Position numbers and translations under genes: made by a program
Part shown: positions 1 through 10,081 of the stretch, one piece after another
Position numbering within the stretch: position 1 is the stretch's first letter
How the letters are laid out: each line of letters opens with the position of its first letter
Assembly (NCBI GenBank): GCA_007375725.1
Contig: VMEV01000003.1
Span: forward strand, 50-64,049
DNA from: Parcubacteria group bacterium Greene0416_36
GTDB lineage: Bacteria > Patescibacteriota > Patescibacteriia > VMEV01
Direction of reading: 5' to 3'
DNA length: 64,000 nucleotides
Notes under the pieces: generated by a model
Databases searched by the model: none
What the model was told of the DNA's origin: nothing
Seen by the model: only the letters and a program-made list of their open reading frames with translations

Positions 1-50
1 CCAAGGAATCTGAGATCGTCAATATCGATATCCCCATGGATCGGGGGTAA
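1..50 (+). CDS. 3' end of an upstream gene (partial), probably a paralogue of the next surface protein
   Basis: Frame from nt 3 reads KESEIVNIDIPMDRG*, resembling the domain ends IVNADVPLD and INFDIPIDP in the 242..3229 protein. Confidence 0.6.
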   Translation, partial: KESEIVNIDIPMDRG

Positions 51-71
51 TACTCTCTTCTTTACACGTAA

Positions 72-115
72 GCAAAACAGTAAGGGCTCAGAATTCTGAG
101 CCCTTACTGTTTTGC
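72..115. terminator. Perfect 44-bp palindrome, probable bidirectional terminator
   Basis: GCAAAACAGTAAGGGCTCA-GAATTC-TGAGCCCTTACTGTTTTGC just after the stop codon at 48-50. Confidence 0.7.
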
Positions 116-188
116 GGGTCAGATTTGATTTTTCTCTTCCCCCTTATCTCTGATATAATTTGTAGGTGCAAAATATTTGTCCCTTCGT

Positions 189-224
189 TTTATCCACCGT
201 AGCGTTTTTGCGAAGGCGGATAAA
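189..224. repeat. Small palindromic element (CCGTAG...CGAAGG type)
   Basis: TTTATCCACCGTAGCGTTTTTGCGAAGGCGGATAAA; same architecture as elements at about 20005, 28058 and 28228. Confidence 0.55.
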
Positions 225-241
225 CAAAATCTCAAATTCGT

Positions 242-3229
242 GTGAAATATTTTCGTTATTTAATGGCCTTATTTTTCGTTTTTTTATTCGGGGGATTATC
301 GGCCGTGCTGGCTCAGGAAGTGTCCGAGGCTCCGGAAGAAAATTCTGTCCCTAAGATGCTCCGCGGTATTCCTCTCGGCCCCACCATGATTCGGTGGGAA
401 TTTTTGGCCGTTGCCAAGGAAGGAGAAAAATTTATTTTGGAAGATGAGTATGGGAAGGTCCTAGCGGACGAGATCCCCAAAAAGCTTAATGATTTCTCTT
501 TTTTTGATGAGAAAAATCTACTCCCAAATACTTCCTATTTTAGGCGTATTCGAGATAAAGACGGGGGCGCATCCGAATTTTTGGGGACATTCACGCTTTT
601 TCCCGCGCCGTCGGAATTGATCATTCGGTCGGTGGGTGAAAAAGAGGCTTCGCTGGGCGTAGATAATCGAGCCAATATTGATTTCAAAATCGCGGCTTTA
701 TTTGACAAGATTCCTGGCAAGGCCGCTCCCAATGTCGTATTGCCGGATTTGATGTCTTTGTCCATGGATAGGACCAGCTATTTGTTTCGCAATGTTACCT
801 CGGGTGTGGATGGCAAATGGGGAATCGGGGCTTGGGAGTCGCTGACTTCTCTGGAGAGCGGAAAAGATTATCAATTCTCGGTGAAAGTGCGCAATGCTCT
901 CGGTGTTGAAACTCCTTTTAGCAGTATCTTTTCTTTCTCTACTCTCCGTCCCGCAGATCTCCGCTTGGATGTGGCGGTTGTGTCTTCTTTTGGAGAGGAA
1001 AAAGAGACGCGCATTTTTTATCCGGGAGATGTGATCCACTATACGGTTTATATAAAGAATAAGAGTAGTGTGCCTGCGGATGGCGTCTATTTTCTTTCAC
1101 GCATTGGAGAAGGCTATCGAGGGAAGTTGTCTTTGGATCATATATCTCTTTCGGATTCTAGGGACCAAGATTCCGGGGATTTTTCAGTCACTTCCAAAGG
1201 CGCGGTTTTTGTGAAATTGGGAGAATTTTTGGGCGGAGTGACCAAAAAAATAAAATTTGATTATCAAATTCCTCCATCCTCCGATTTTCCCGCCATCCTC
1301 GATTTGTCTTCTGGAGTCGGCGCTAAAAATATGCCGTATTTGATAATCGCATCTGTCAGCGATCGTGTGGGGCGTATTTTGCCCAATGGAGAAGCCTCAG
1401 ATCGGGGATTATCAGGATTATTTTCAGGGAGAGGCATTTATCAAGAGGTGTTTCTGGAGTCCCCGGTGACTTCTTTGGGCGGCCCCGGAATGATTTTGCT
1501 CTCGAAAAAGGAAGCTCTGGCAGACCAAGCGTTGATTGATCTTTTGGTATCTTCTCTAGATCCGCTATCTCTCCGGGTGTTGAATAAAAAAGTTTTTCGC
1601 GGCGTGCTGGCCAGTCAGAAGGAGGATCGGTTTGCCTTTGAGGAGGAGGCTCGTGTCAGTTTATCTGTAGAAGACCATGCTATTGAGTCTTTATCTGATT
1701 CATTGGCTTTTTCCTGGCTAGAGAGCCAGAAAAAAAATGAGCAGACCGAGCCCTCTATGCTTTCCCCTCTATCGATTGAAGGAAAAGTCACCTTTACGGA
1801 CGGTGAGCTGGTGATGCAAGGGCATGCTTCCGGCCAAGCGAATGTGGATATCAGTATAGTTGTCAATCAAAAAGAGGCGGGGAAAACCGTGACTTCTCCG
1901 GTCGGATCTTGGGAATATTCGGTATCGCCTCTCCTTTTAGTACGCTCCTCCGAGAGGGGAATCGTACGTTTTAACGTCTCGGTTCTTGCCAAACGCAAGT
2001 CGGGCCAAGGCGAGCCGATCGAAAAATCCCTAGGCAGTGTGGATGTCGATTTGTCAGGCTTATCTGTGGAGGAAGAGCCGAAAATTCTAGCATTTTCGGC
2101 GCAGGAGCTGGCGGTTGATCCCTCTTTGGCCGAGGCATTGGGTGCTCGTGTGGGGCGAGGGATCGACGTTCTCTATGGAGCGACTCAAGCGGTGGTCGAG
2201 CAAACCGCCAAAGTGGTCCGTGAAAACGAAAGCACTTTTCAGACGACCTTGGTAGTGGTGGCACCAGTCGTGAGTGTGGCTTCGCCTGCTCTCCTGTCTG
2301 CGATCCCCACTCTGCCGACTTACCTTTTTTATTTTGTCAGCTGGTTTTTGTCTCTCTTGGGGATCCGCAAAAAGAATAAATCTTGGGGGGTTGTCTATGA
2401 TTCGATCACCAAGGATGCGGTATCTCTGGCCATCGTACGGCTTTTTCGCATTGAGCAAAAAGAGTCGGGGATGTCTGCGCTTCTGGTTGAAACCCAGGTG
2501 ACGGATCAGTATGGCCGCTATGGGTTCATTCCCAAATTAGGCGAATTTTACATCGAGGTTCAAAAGCCTGAATATAATTATCCCTCTGCTCTTGTTCCAA
2601 AGGGCCTCCAGTCGGATGATACTTATATCAATTTATATCATCGCCAGCGTATTCTGATTCAGATTGAAGACGCGTCCATTAATTTTGATATTCCCATTGA
2701 CCCCAAAGAGCCGGCCGTGGGATCCCGAGATTGGAAAAATACTTTGTTTGAGATCCGTACTGGATTTGGCTATCTTTCTCGCCCCTTGGCTTATTTAGGA
2801 GCGACTATCAGCTGGGTTGTTGTCGCGGTCAGTTTTAATATTCTCAATGTCTCCATCGCCTTGATATATTTGGGGCTGGCTTTATTCGAGTGGAAGCGTT
2901 CGCGCGACAAAAATAAGCCATGGGGAATTGTCTTTGACTCTTTGTCCAAAAATCCTATATCTCTGGCCAATATTTCCATTGTCGACGCGCAATATGGTCG
3001 TACTCTCAAATCACGCCTGACCGATTACGGAGGCCGGTTTAATTTTTTCCCGCCCCCCGGGTTTTACCGAATGCTGGTCTCCAAAGAAGGATATCAATTT
3101 CCTTCCCAGTTTTTTTATTACAAAGACGGCCGCAAAAAGATGTATTTCGGCGAGAAATTTTCCGTCGATAAGCAGCAGCCCATCGTCAACGCGGACGTGC
3201 CGCTGGATGGAACGGAAATTAAAATTTGA
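242..3229 (+). CDS. Large secreted/membrane protein: signal peptide, Fn3-like and DUF11-like regions, TM segments, two carboxypeptidase-regulatory-like domains
   Basis: 995-aa ORF; 'LESGKDYQFSVKVRN' (Fn3-like), 'PGDVIHYTVYIKN' (DUF11-like), repeated 'WGvVyDS.tK..vsLA' and 'TD.yGRy.F' modules. Confidence 0.75.
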   Translation: MKYFRYLMALFFVFLFGGLSAVLAQEVSEAPEENSVPKMLRGIPLGPTMIRWEFLAVAKEGEKFILEDEYGKVLADEIPKKLNDFSFFDEKNLLPNTSYFRRIRDKDGGASEFLGTFTLFPAPSELIIRSVGEKEASLGVDNRANIDFKIAALFDKIPGKAAPNVVLPDLMSLSMDRTSYLFRNVTSGVDGKWGIGAWESLTSLESGKDYQFSVKVRNALGVETPFSSIFSFSTLRPADLRLDVAVVSSFGEEKETRIFYPGDVIHYTVYIKNKSSVPADGVYFLSRIGEGYRGKLSLDHISLSDSRDQDSGDFSVTSKGAVFVKLGEFLGGVTKKIKFDYQIPPSSDFPAILDLSSGVGAKNMPYLIIASVSDRVGRILPNGEASDRGLSGLFSGRGIYQEVFLESPVTSLGGPGMILLSKKEALADQALIDLLVSSLDPLSLRVLNKKVFRGVLASQKEDRFAFEEEARVSLSVEDHAIESLSDSLAFSWLESQKKNEQTEPSMLSPLSIEGKVTFTDGELVMQGHASGQANVDISIVVNQKEAGKTVTSPVGSWEYSVSPLLLVRSSERGIVRFNVSVLAKRKSGQGEPIEKSLGSVDVDLSGLSVEEEPKILAFSAQELAVDPSLAEALGARVGRGIDVLYGATQAVVEQTAKVVRENESTFQTTLVVVAPVVSVASPALLSAIPTLPTYLFYFVSWFLSLLGIRKKNKSWGVVYDSITKDAVSLAIVRLFRIEQKESGMSALLVETQVTDQYGRYGFIPKLGEFYIEVQKPEYNYPSALVPKGLQSDDTYINLYHRQRILIQIEDASINFDIPIDPKEPAVGSRDWKNTLFEIRTGFGYLSRPLAYLGATISWVVVAVSFNILNVSIALIYLGLALFEWKRSRDKNKPWGIVFDSLSKNPISLANISIVDAQYGRTLKSRLTDYGGRFNFFPPPGFYRMLVSKEGYQFPSQFFYYKDGRKKMYFGEKFSVDKQQPIVNADVPLDGTEIKI

Positions 3230-3241
3230 ATTACGTTATGG

Positions 3242-3351
3242 ACTGTCATTGCGAGGCCCGCCGTTTTAGGCGGGACGTGGCAATCTCGTGGTAGTATTCC
3301 TACACGAGATTGCCACATCCCCGCTAAGGCGCGGGTCTTCGCAATGACAGT
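3242..3351. repeat. REP/RPE-like palindromic element (GTCATTGCGAG...GCAATC / GAGATTGC...CGCAATGAC)
   Basis: Terminal inverted repeat ACTGTCATTGCGA...TCGCAATGACAGT with nested stems GTGGCAATCTCGTG/CACGAGATTGCCAC. Confidence 0.8.
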
Positions 3352-3362
3352 GTGACTCACAT

Positions 3363-5366
3363 ATGCCTCGATCAATTATCCTCGGCAATGGCAAAACTCT
3401 CCTCGGCTTCGATGACAATTACGAGCTTCGTGATTGGTATTTTCCCTATGTAGGACAGGAGAATCATGTGGGCAGGCACTACCACAAAATCGGATTTTGG
3501 GTGGATGGTGCTTTCGCGTGGTTTGGAAAATCGTGGGATCTCAAAATCAATTATTCCCCTGAAGGATTTATTGCCACGGTCAGCGGCCGCTCCGAGGCCT
3601 TGGGGATTTCGGCCGAGATAGAAGACACGGTTTATAACGAAGAAAATGTGATGGTTCGCCGCGTCAATGTGAAGAATCTTGGCAAAACCAAAAAAGAAGT
3701 CCGAGTGTTTTTCGCTCAAGAATTTCCCATTGATGAGGTTACCTATGGGAACACTTCGTTTTATGATCCCAGAGGAGAAGTGATCATTCATTACAAAGGC
3801 CAGCGCGTATTTCTCATCAATGGATCTACCAAAGAAAAGGCCGGTTTTTCGGATTTCACCTGCGGGGTTTCCAATTGGGGGACTCAGGAGGGATCGTTTC
3901 GGGATGCCGAAGACGGTAGGCTCGCCCAAAATCATATTGAGCACGGGAGCGCGGATTCGGTGGTGGGATTTAATTTGTACCTAGAACCGGGCGGGATGGA
4001 AACTCTCTACTCCTGGATTGTCGTAGCCGCGGATATCAAAGAGGCCAAGCGACTCAATCGTGAAGTCCTAGCCAAAACGCCCGCTCATATCATCAAAACC
4101 ACACGCTTTTTTTGGAAGGCATGGGTGGAGAAACAGGAATACGAATGGTTCAATCTAGGGCCGGAAATCCGTGATCTGTTTGGTAAATCCTTATTTTTTT
4201 TGAGGCTGCTCACCAATACCAACGGACTTTCTATCGCTTCTCCGGATTCGGATCTTTTGCAGTTTGGCAAGGATACTTACAATTATATGTGGCCGCGTGA
4301 CGGCGCTTTCGTCGTATTGGCTCTGGACAAAGCTGGCTATTCTGAGGTCACGCGCAATTTTTTCTATACGGCCAAAGATTTGCTTTCCGAGGAAGGGTTC
4401 CTCATGCATAAATATCGCCCGGACGGATCTTTGGGAAGTTCTTGGCATTCGTGGATCGCCAATGGCGTCTTGCAGTATCCGATTCAGGAAGACGAGACGG
4501 CCTTGGTTTTGTTCGCGCTCGAACAGCACTATGAGAAAACACACAATGTGGAGTTTTTGGAGGAACTGTACAATCCACTCGTTCGGAAAATGGCTGATTT
4601 TCTCGTGTCTTTTCGCGATTCGGCCACGGGATTGCCTCACCCAAGCTATGATTTGTGGGAGGAGAGAATCGGTATTCATACCTTTACCGTCTCCACGGTC
4701 TATGTAGGGTGTCTGGCCGCTGCCAATATGGCCAAGATTTTGGGCAAAAAAAATGACTGCTCCCGTTATTTTCGGACAGCTTCCGAGATCGCGGCGGCTT
4801 CGGTTCGGGAGATGTACGATACCAAAGAGCGCCGATACTGCCGCCGTCTCTATTGGGAAGGAGGGAAGTGGGTCAAGGATATGACTCCGGACAGCAGTAC
4901 TCTCTACGGACTTCTCCGTTTTGGCATGGAAAAACCGGATTCGCCGAGATTGGTCAGTACGGCCAAAGATTGTTTTTCTCGACTCTCGCTTAAGACATCA
5001 GCGGGAGGATGGGCCCGTTACGAGAAAGACAATTACATGATGATTGATCCTGACTGGACTCGGGTTCCCGGCAATCCTTGGATTCTGTGCACCCTCTGGC
5101 GTGCAGATTATTTGATTTCTTTGGCCCAGAAATCGGAGGACCTCGACGAACCTCGCCGCATCATCGAATGGGTGGTCCGCCGTGCCTCCGCCTCCGGTAT
5201 TCTTTCCGAACAAATCCACCCGACTCTCGGCACGCCTCTCAGCGTCTCGCCTTTAGCCTGGAGCCATGCCCAGCTTGTCATCACCGTCCTTTTCTACCTC
5301 AAAAAAATGGGACAGATTGTGGACCGGCCCTATATCAAGCCGTTCAGGATGAGTAAGGGGTGCTGA
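3363..5366 (+). CDS. Glycoside hydrolase family 15 (glucoamylase/trehalase-like)
   Basis: Motifs YNYMWPRDG, QEDETA, DLWEE, LSEQ, PLAWSHA. Confidence 0.92.
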   Translation: MPRSIILGNGKTLLGFDDNYELRDWYFPYVGQENHVGRHYHKIGFWVDGAFAWFGKSWDLKINYSPEGFIATVSGRSEALGISAEIEDTVYNEENVMVRRVNVKNLGKTKKEVRVFFAQEFPIDEVTYGNTSFYDPRGEVIIHYKGQRVFLINGSTKEKAGFSDFTCGVSNWGTQEGSFRDAEDGRLAQNHIEHGSADSVVGFNLYLEPGGMETLYSWIVVAADIKEAKRLNREVLAKTPAHIIKTTRFFWKAWVEKQEYEWFNLGPEIRDLFGKSLFFLRLLTNTNGLSIASPDSDLLQFGKDTYNYMWPRDGAFVVLALDKAGYSEVTRNFFYTAKDLLSEEGFLMHKYRPDGSLGSSWHSWIANGVLQYPIQEDETALVLFALEQHYEKTHNVEFLEELYNPLVRKMADFLVSFRDSATGLPHPSYDLWEERIGIHTFTVSTVYVGCLAAANMAKILGKKNDCSRYFRTASEIAAASVREMYDTKERRYCRRLYWEGGKWVKDMTPDSSTLYGLLRFGMEKPDSPRLVSTAKDCFSRLSLKTSAGGWARYEKDNYMMIDPDWTRVPGNPWILCTLWRADYLISLAQKSEDLDEPRRIIEWVVRRASASGILSEQIHPTLGTPLSVSPLAWSHAQLVITVLFYLKKMGQIVDRPYIKPFRMSKGC

Positions 5367-5464
5367 AATTAAAAACAGAACCGTCTTTTGAGGTTCTGTC
5401 CATTGATGACACAAGTCGCATGATGCAATGACTAGGGATTTTATATCAAAAAAATCGGATCAAA

Positions 5465-6340
5465 TCAAGATTTGATGTGTATCCTTACCACCCTATCCCG
5501 ATTACAGAAATCTTTAAAAATTTCTATTTTCGCCTCCGGATATAATTTGGACGCGTATTGTCGGACTCGTTCTCCCTGATCATGCCCGATTTCCAAAAGC
5601 ACGGTCCCATTGGGGGACAGGTGCTTTTTTGTTTGTTGTAGAAGTTTGAAAATCAAGGCAAGCCCATCGCGAGTAGCGATTAATGCTTGTTTGGGTTCAT
5701 ATTCCAGTTCCGCTCGAGTAGGTGAAGCCTCAAATACGGTTTGGGAAATATAGGGGAGGTTCGCAATAATGATATCCATTTTTTCTTCGAGAGGCTCGGC
5801 CAAATCTCCTTTTTTGAAAATAATTTTTTCTAATACCCCATTATTTTTGGCATTTTTGGTTGCTGTGTTTAAAGCCTCGACAGAAATATCCGTGCCAAAA
5901 AATTCCATTTGAGAATAATGACTTTGTTCTTTTAATAATTTTGCCAGAGCAATGATAATGGCTCCAGAACCCGTGCCGATATCTGCTATTCGTAATTTTT
6001 TTTCACTAATTTTTTTTATTGCCTCTAATGATTTTTCTACGAGCATTTCCGTCTCAGGGCGGGGAATCAGGACCGATGGGTTCACTTCAAATTCCAATCC
6101 ATAAAATCCGGTTTTCCTAATCAGGTATTGGAGGGGATAGTGCTCCTTCAATTTTTTAAGCATCTTATGAAATCGATCCTCTTCTCGTTTTTTGGCCACA
6201 TATTCCGGATGCGCCCACAGGAATGCCCGGTCTTTTCCAATCACATGCATCAGCAGCTCCTCACATTTGTGAGTCGCTTCGGAAATATGGGCCTTTTGGG
6301 ATTGTGTGATCGATGATTGTAACAGTGATTTTATCGTCAT
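5465..6340 (-). CDS. prmC: Release factor glutamine methyltransferase
   Basis: VLIPRPETE, DIGTGSG, ANLPY; downstream of prfA. Confidence 0.95.
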   Translation of the reverse strand: MTIKSLLQSSITQSQKAHISEATHKCEELLMHVIGKDRAFLWAHPEYVAKKREEDRFHKMLKKLKEHYPLQYLIRKTGFYGLEFEVNPSVLIPRPETEMLVEKSLEAIKKISEKKLRIADIGTGSGAIIIALAKLLKEQSHYSQMEFFGTDISVEALNTATKNAKNNGVLEKIIFKKGDLAEPLEEKMDIIIANLPYISQTVFEASPTRAELEYEPKQALIATRDGLALIFKLLQQTKKHLSPNGTVLLEIGHDQGERVRQYASKLYPEAKIEIFKDFCNRDRVVRIHIKS

Positions 6341-6353
6341 AGTTATACCTAAC

Positions 6354-6394
6354 TCCCTCCCTTGTTAAGGGGAGGGTTGGGGAGGGGTTTGTTG
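6354..6394. repeat. Half copy of the CAACAAATCCC-family palindromic repeat
   Basis: TCCCTCCCTTGTTAAGGGGAGGGTTGGGGAGGGGTTTGTTG between prfA and prmC. Confidence 0.75.
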
Positions 6395-6396
6395 TT

Positions 6397-7455
6397 TTAC
6401 CCCTCCAACCCCTTCTTCGTCGCCTCGACAATATCATCCAATTCTCCTTCCATAATCACTCTGACTTGATTGAAGTTTTGGTTGATGCGGTGGTCAGTGA
6501 GGCGGTCTTGAGGGAAATTGTAGGTGCGGATTTTTTCGGAGCGGTCTCCGGAGCCGATTTGGCTATTGCGGGTGGCGGATGCCTCAGCCGCTATTTTTTC
6601 TTCGGCCAGAGCTAAGAGGCGAGAACGCAAAACCTTCATGGCCTTTTCGCGGTTCTGTACCTGGGATCGTTCGTCTTGGCAGGAGACTACGAGTCCGCTG
6701 GGGATGTGGACGAGTCGCACGGCGGAGTAGGTGGTATTCACGCTTTGCCCTCCCGCGCCGCCCGCGCAAAAGGTATCGATTCGGATATCCTTTGGGTTAA
6801 TAGCTATATCCACTTCTTCGGCTTCGGGCATCACGGCTACGGTCACGGTCGAAGTGTGGACGCGGCCGCTTTTTTCCGTTTCCGGCACGCGCTGGACTCG
6901 GTGCACGCCACTTTCATATTTGAACGCGCCAAAAGCCCCGCGGCCATTCACTTCGGCCACCGCTTCTTTGATCCCTCCGATTCCGATTTTGTTGGTTTCC
7001 AGCACTCTGACCTCGTAACCTTGCTTTTCCGCGTATCGGCAATACATGCGGAATAGTTCCGCGGCAAAAAGAGCCGCTTCGTCTCCTCCGGCACCTGCTC
7101 GGATTTCCAGAATGATATTTTTTCGGTCGCGGGGGTCCCTCGGCCGGAGTCCCTCGGTGATTTTCGCGGTCAGATCTTCTTGCCTGAATTGCAGATTTTT
7201 TTGTTCCTCGCGGTAGAGTTCCAGCATTGAATTATCTTTTTCTGTCTCGATTTGGGAGGAGATGCCTTCTAACTCAATGCCTGTTTTTAGAAATTCTTGT
7301 ATGAGCTGTCCCAAATCTTTTTTTTCGGAATATTTTTGGGAAGCTTCTTTCAATTTTTGCGGATTGCCAATAATAGCCGGATCATTCAGTTCCGCTTCTA
7401 AGCTTGTAAATTCCTCGAAATAAGTTGTCATTTTTTGATCTAAATTTGTATCCAT
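6397..7455 (-). CDS. prfA: Peptide chain release factor 1
   Basis: GGQ motif, PET specificity loop (RVPETE), [14 protein letters not shown]. Confidence 0.98.
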   Translation of the reverse strand: MDTNLDQKMTTYFEEFTSLEAELNDPAIIGNPQKLKEASQKYSEKKDLGQLIQEFLKTGIELEGISSQIETEKDNSMLELYREEQKNLQFRQEDLTAKITEGLRPRDPRDRKNIILEIRAGAGGDEAALFAAELFRMYCRYAEKQGYEVRVLETNKIGIGGIKEAVAEVNGRGAFGAFKYESGVHRVQRVPETEKSGRVHTSTVTVAVMPEAEEVDIAINPKDIRIDTFCAGGAGGQSVNTTYSAVRLVHIPSGLVVSCQDERSQVQNREKAMKVLRSRLLALAEEKIAAEASATRNSQIGSGDRSEKIRTYNFPQDRLTDHRINQNFNQVRVIMEGELDDIVEATKKGLEG

Positions 7456-7488
7456 ATATGATTTTTATCTATTCAGGGGTGTATCGAG

Positions 7489-7575
7489 CAACAAATCCCT
7501 CCCCAACCCTCCCTTTGACAAGGGAGGGGGTAGCAGCCTCCCCCTTGTCAAAGGGGGACTGAGGGGGATTTGTTG
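7489..7575. repeat. CAACAAATCCC-family palindromic repeat (~87 bp), full copy
   Basis: CAACAAATCCCTCCCCAACCCTCCCTTTGACAAGGGAGGGGGTAGCAGCCTCCCCCTTGTCAAAGGGGGACTGAGGGGGATTTGTTG. Confidence 0.95.
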
Positions 7576-7652
7576 TTATTTGTATTATACACAAATGTCA
7601 CCCCTCGCAATTAAGCGCCGTGGGTGACATTTTTGAGTACAAAAAAACATGA

Positions 7653-8018
7653 CTACTTCTGTGCTGTGGGAGCAGCTGGTGTTTCTGTTGCGGCAACTGG
7701 TTTAGCCACTTTGGCCTTCTTGAGCTTGGGCGGCTTTTCGATTTTCTTTTCTTCAATGATCTTATTGGTTTTTCGGACTTTTTTGATGGCTTTCTTTTCG
7801 GCCAAGGCAGTGGTTGAAGTCATTCTCTTCTTAAATTTCTCCGCTGGGCTATTTTCTTTTCCAGCCAGTTCATGTCTGCGTCCGGTATAGAAAGGATGAC
7901 AAGCCGCGCAGATTTCAGTGGAAAGCTGTTCTCGAGTGGAGCCTGCTTCATATTTGGCGCCACAAGAACACATGATGACCACATTATCGTGATATTTAGG
8001 ATGGATATCGGGTTTCAT
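7653..8018 (-). CDS. rpmE: 50S ribosomal protein L31 (Zn-binding type) with Lys/Ala-rich C-terminal extension
   Basis: MKPDIHPKY...CSCG...CAACHPFYTG. Confidence 0.97.
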   Translation of the reverse strand: MKPDIHPKYHDNVVIMCSCGAKYEAGSTREQLSTEICAACHPFYTGRRHELAGKENSPAEKFKKRMTSTTALAEKKAIKKVRKTNKIIEEKKIEKPPKLKKAKVAKPVAATETPAAPTAQK

Positions 8019-8117
8019 AGGCTAGGAGTTTAGGTTTTAGCTTCTTTAGCTTCATTATGCTAGGGGAAGACTAATAATTACTTGAGATTTGTAAGACAGG
8101 AAAAAGATAACAAATAA

Positions 8118-9113
8118 TTAGGGAAAAGGCAAGACGAAGCCCATTTTGGTTTTGGCTGAGGCCAGCTTGGCATTAGCTCGGGAGCGAGCTTTGTCGGCTC
8201 CTTGTTTTAATATTTTTTGAATTGGGTCTCTCTGGTAGGCATGAAATTTTTTTTGGAAGTCTTCGAGGAAGACGGCTACCACTTCTCCTAATTCTTTTTT
8301 GAATTCTGTATAATTTTTGCCCGTGAATTTTTTTTCAAGTTCGGCGATCGGGATTCCGGAAAGCAGATGATAAATGACGAGCAAATTGGAAATGCCGGGT
8401 TTGGATTCCGGTGCGTATTTGATTTCAGATCCGGAATCCGTCACCGCTTGCTTGATTTTCTCGCGGGCCATGTCTGGCGAATCTAGAAGGGCGATATAAT
8501 TGTCCGGGCTGGACGCGCTCTTGCTCATCTTGCCCCGCGGATCATCGAGTCCCATGATTTTGGCGCCTACCTCGCCGGTCCATTGTTTGGGCACCTTGAA
8601 CGTGTTTCCATAGTGATCATTGAATCGCCGCGCCAGTCTCCGGGCCAGTTCCAGATGCTGGGTCTGGTCTTCACCCACGGGAACCAAGTCCGCGTCATAG
8701 AGTAAAATATCCGCGGACATCAAAATGGGATAAGTGAAAAGACCCGCATTGATATTTTTTGGATTTTTGGCACTTTTGTCTTTGTACTGGGTCATGAGTT
8801 CCATCTCGGACATTTTGGCGAGCGTTCCCAAGATCCAGCCCAGCTCGGTATGAGCCGAAACATGGGACTGAATGAAGATCGTGGATTTTGCCGGGTCAAT
8901 GCCGGAGGCCAAGTAGATTGCCGCGATTTCGAGAGATTTCGCGTGAAGTTCTTGGGGGTCTTGGGTCGCGGTGATGGCATGATGGTCCACAATGCAGAAA
9001 AAGCATTCATGATCGTTTTGGAGCTTTAGCCAGTTGGCGATGCTTCCTAAGTAATTGCCGAGATGCAGATTTCCTGATGGCTGTATTCCGCTTAAGATAA
9101 TGGGTTTGTTCAT
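8118..9113 (-). CDS. trpS: Tryptophanyl-tRNA synthetase
   Basis: SGIQPSGNLHLGNY, VPVGEDQ, KMSKS. Confidence 0.97.
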   Translation of the reverse strand: MNKPIILSGIQPSGNLHLGNYLGSIANWLKLQNDHECFFCIVDHHAITATQDPQELHAKSLEIAAIYLASGIDPAKSTIFIQSHVSAHTELGWILGTLAKMSEMELMTQYKDKSAKNPKNINAGLFTYPILMSADILLYDADLVPVGEDQTQHLELARRLARRFNDHYGNTFKVPKQWTGEVGAKIMGLDDPRGKMSKSASSPDNYIALLDSPDMAREKIKQAVTDSGSEIKYAPESKPGISNLLVIYHLLSGIPIAELEKKFTGKNYTEFKKELGEVVAVFLEDFQKKFHAYQRDPIQKILKQGADKARSRANAKLASAKTKMGFVLPFP

Positions 9114-9238
9114 AGTTGTGTTGTAAATTTTTGTATATTATAGTAAAATTAGCTTGTCATACTTACTTTGTAAAGTAATATCTGAATCTTTTTTTATAAT
9201 TTTGAATTTTTAATTAATAATTTTTAATTGTTTTTCAT

Positions 9239-9832
9239 ATGATGAACTCATCGTGTTATTCTTCTTCTGGTTCTTGCGATTGCAAGGGCGCTTGTTCTTG
9301 CGGCGGCGGAATGATGAAAAAGTGCTGCCACCCCGACATGCTTCTTCGTGTCGCGTTTGCCAGCGTATTTTTGTATCATGGTATTTTGAAGCTCACTATG
9401 CTTTCGGGAATGGCCGCCGGTTTGGGCATTCCGGTCTGGGGAGTCGCTGTAGTGGCGGGTCTTGAGATCATCGGATCCTTGCTTGTGCTCCTGGCTCCTT
9501 TCATGAAGCATTCCTGCATGGCCGCTTTGGGCGGACTCATGGTCGCTCCGGTCATGCTCGTCGCTATTTTCAAATATCATTGGGGGCAGTGGAATTTCCT
9601 TCCTTCCGCGACTCATCCTGCTGGGGGCATGGAATTCCAAGTGGTCCTCTTGCTCTTGGCTCTCTATTTTATCGCCAAGGGCAAACATTGCGGCGCCTGC
9701 CGAATGATGAAGGCCGGATCTTGCGGTTCAGAAGAGAAATCCGGTTCTTGCTGTGGCGAGGATCAGAGCAAGTGTTGTGGCGGCGCGGAGAAGCCTGCCA
9801 TGGGTGGAATGAACAATGGAATGAAGAAATAA
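9239..9832 (+). CDS. DoxX-family membrane protein with Cys-rich N- and C-terminal tails
   Basis: LLRVAFASVFLYHGILK...GGMEFQ core flanked by CDCKGACSC..CC and CGAC..C..CC..CC. Confidence 0.85.
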   Translation: MMNSSCYSSSGSCDCKGACSCGGGMMKKCCHPDMLLRVAFASVFLYHGILKLTMLSGMAAGLGIPVWGVAVVAGLEIIGSLLVLLAPFMKHSCMAALGGLMVAPVMLVAIFKYHWGQWNFLPSATHPAGGMEFQVVLLLLALYFIAKGKHCGACRMMKAGSCGSEEKSGSCCGEDQSKCCGGAEKPAMGGMNNGMKK

Positions 9833-9844
9833 TACGGTTTTTAC

Positions 9845-9887
9845 AAAAAATTCGCCGAGGATCAAACACCTCGGCGAATTTTTTTTG
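9845..9887. terminator. Rho-independent terminator
   Basis: AAAAAATTCGCCGAGG-ATCAAACA-CCTCGGCGAATTTTTTT. Confidence 0.85.
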
Positions 9888-10081
9888 GGATTAAATTTAT
9901 TTTCTATTCTTCACCTCGAAGAATTCATAAAAAAAGCTTGAGGAAATAAAATCTTCAAGCTTTTTGATTATTTCTAGTTTTCTCGCCTAAAATCTAAATT
10001 TGACTAAAGTGTTTATTTGTGTTAATTTAATTTGTATTTTTTTGTGCATTGATAATTGTTTGTATTCGTAAGGAATAGATC

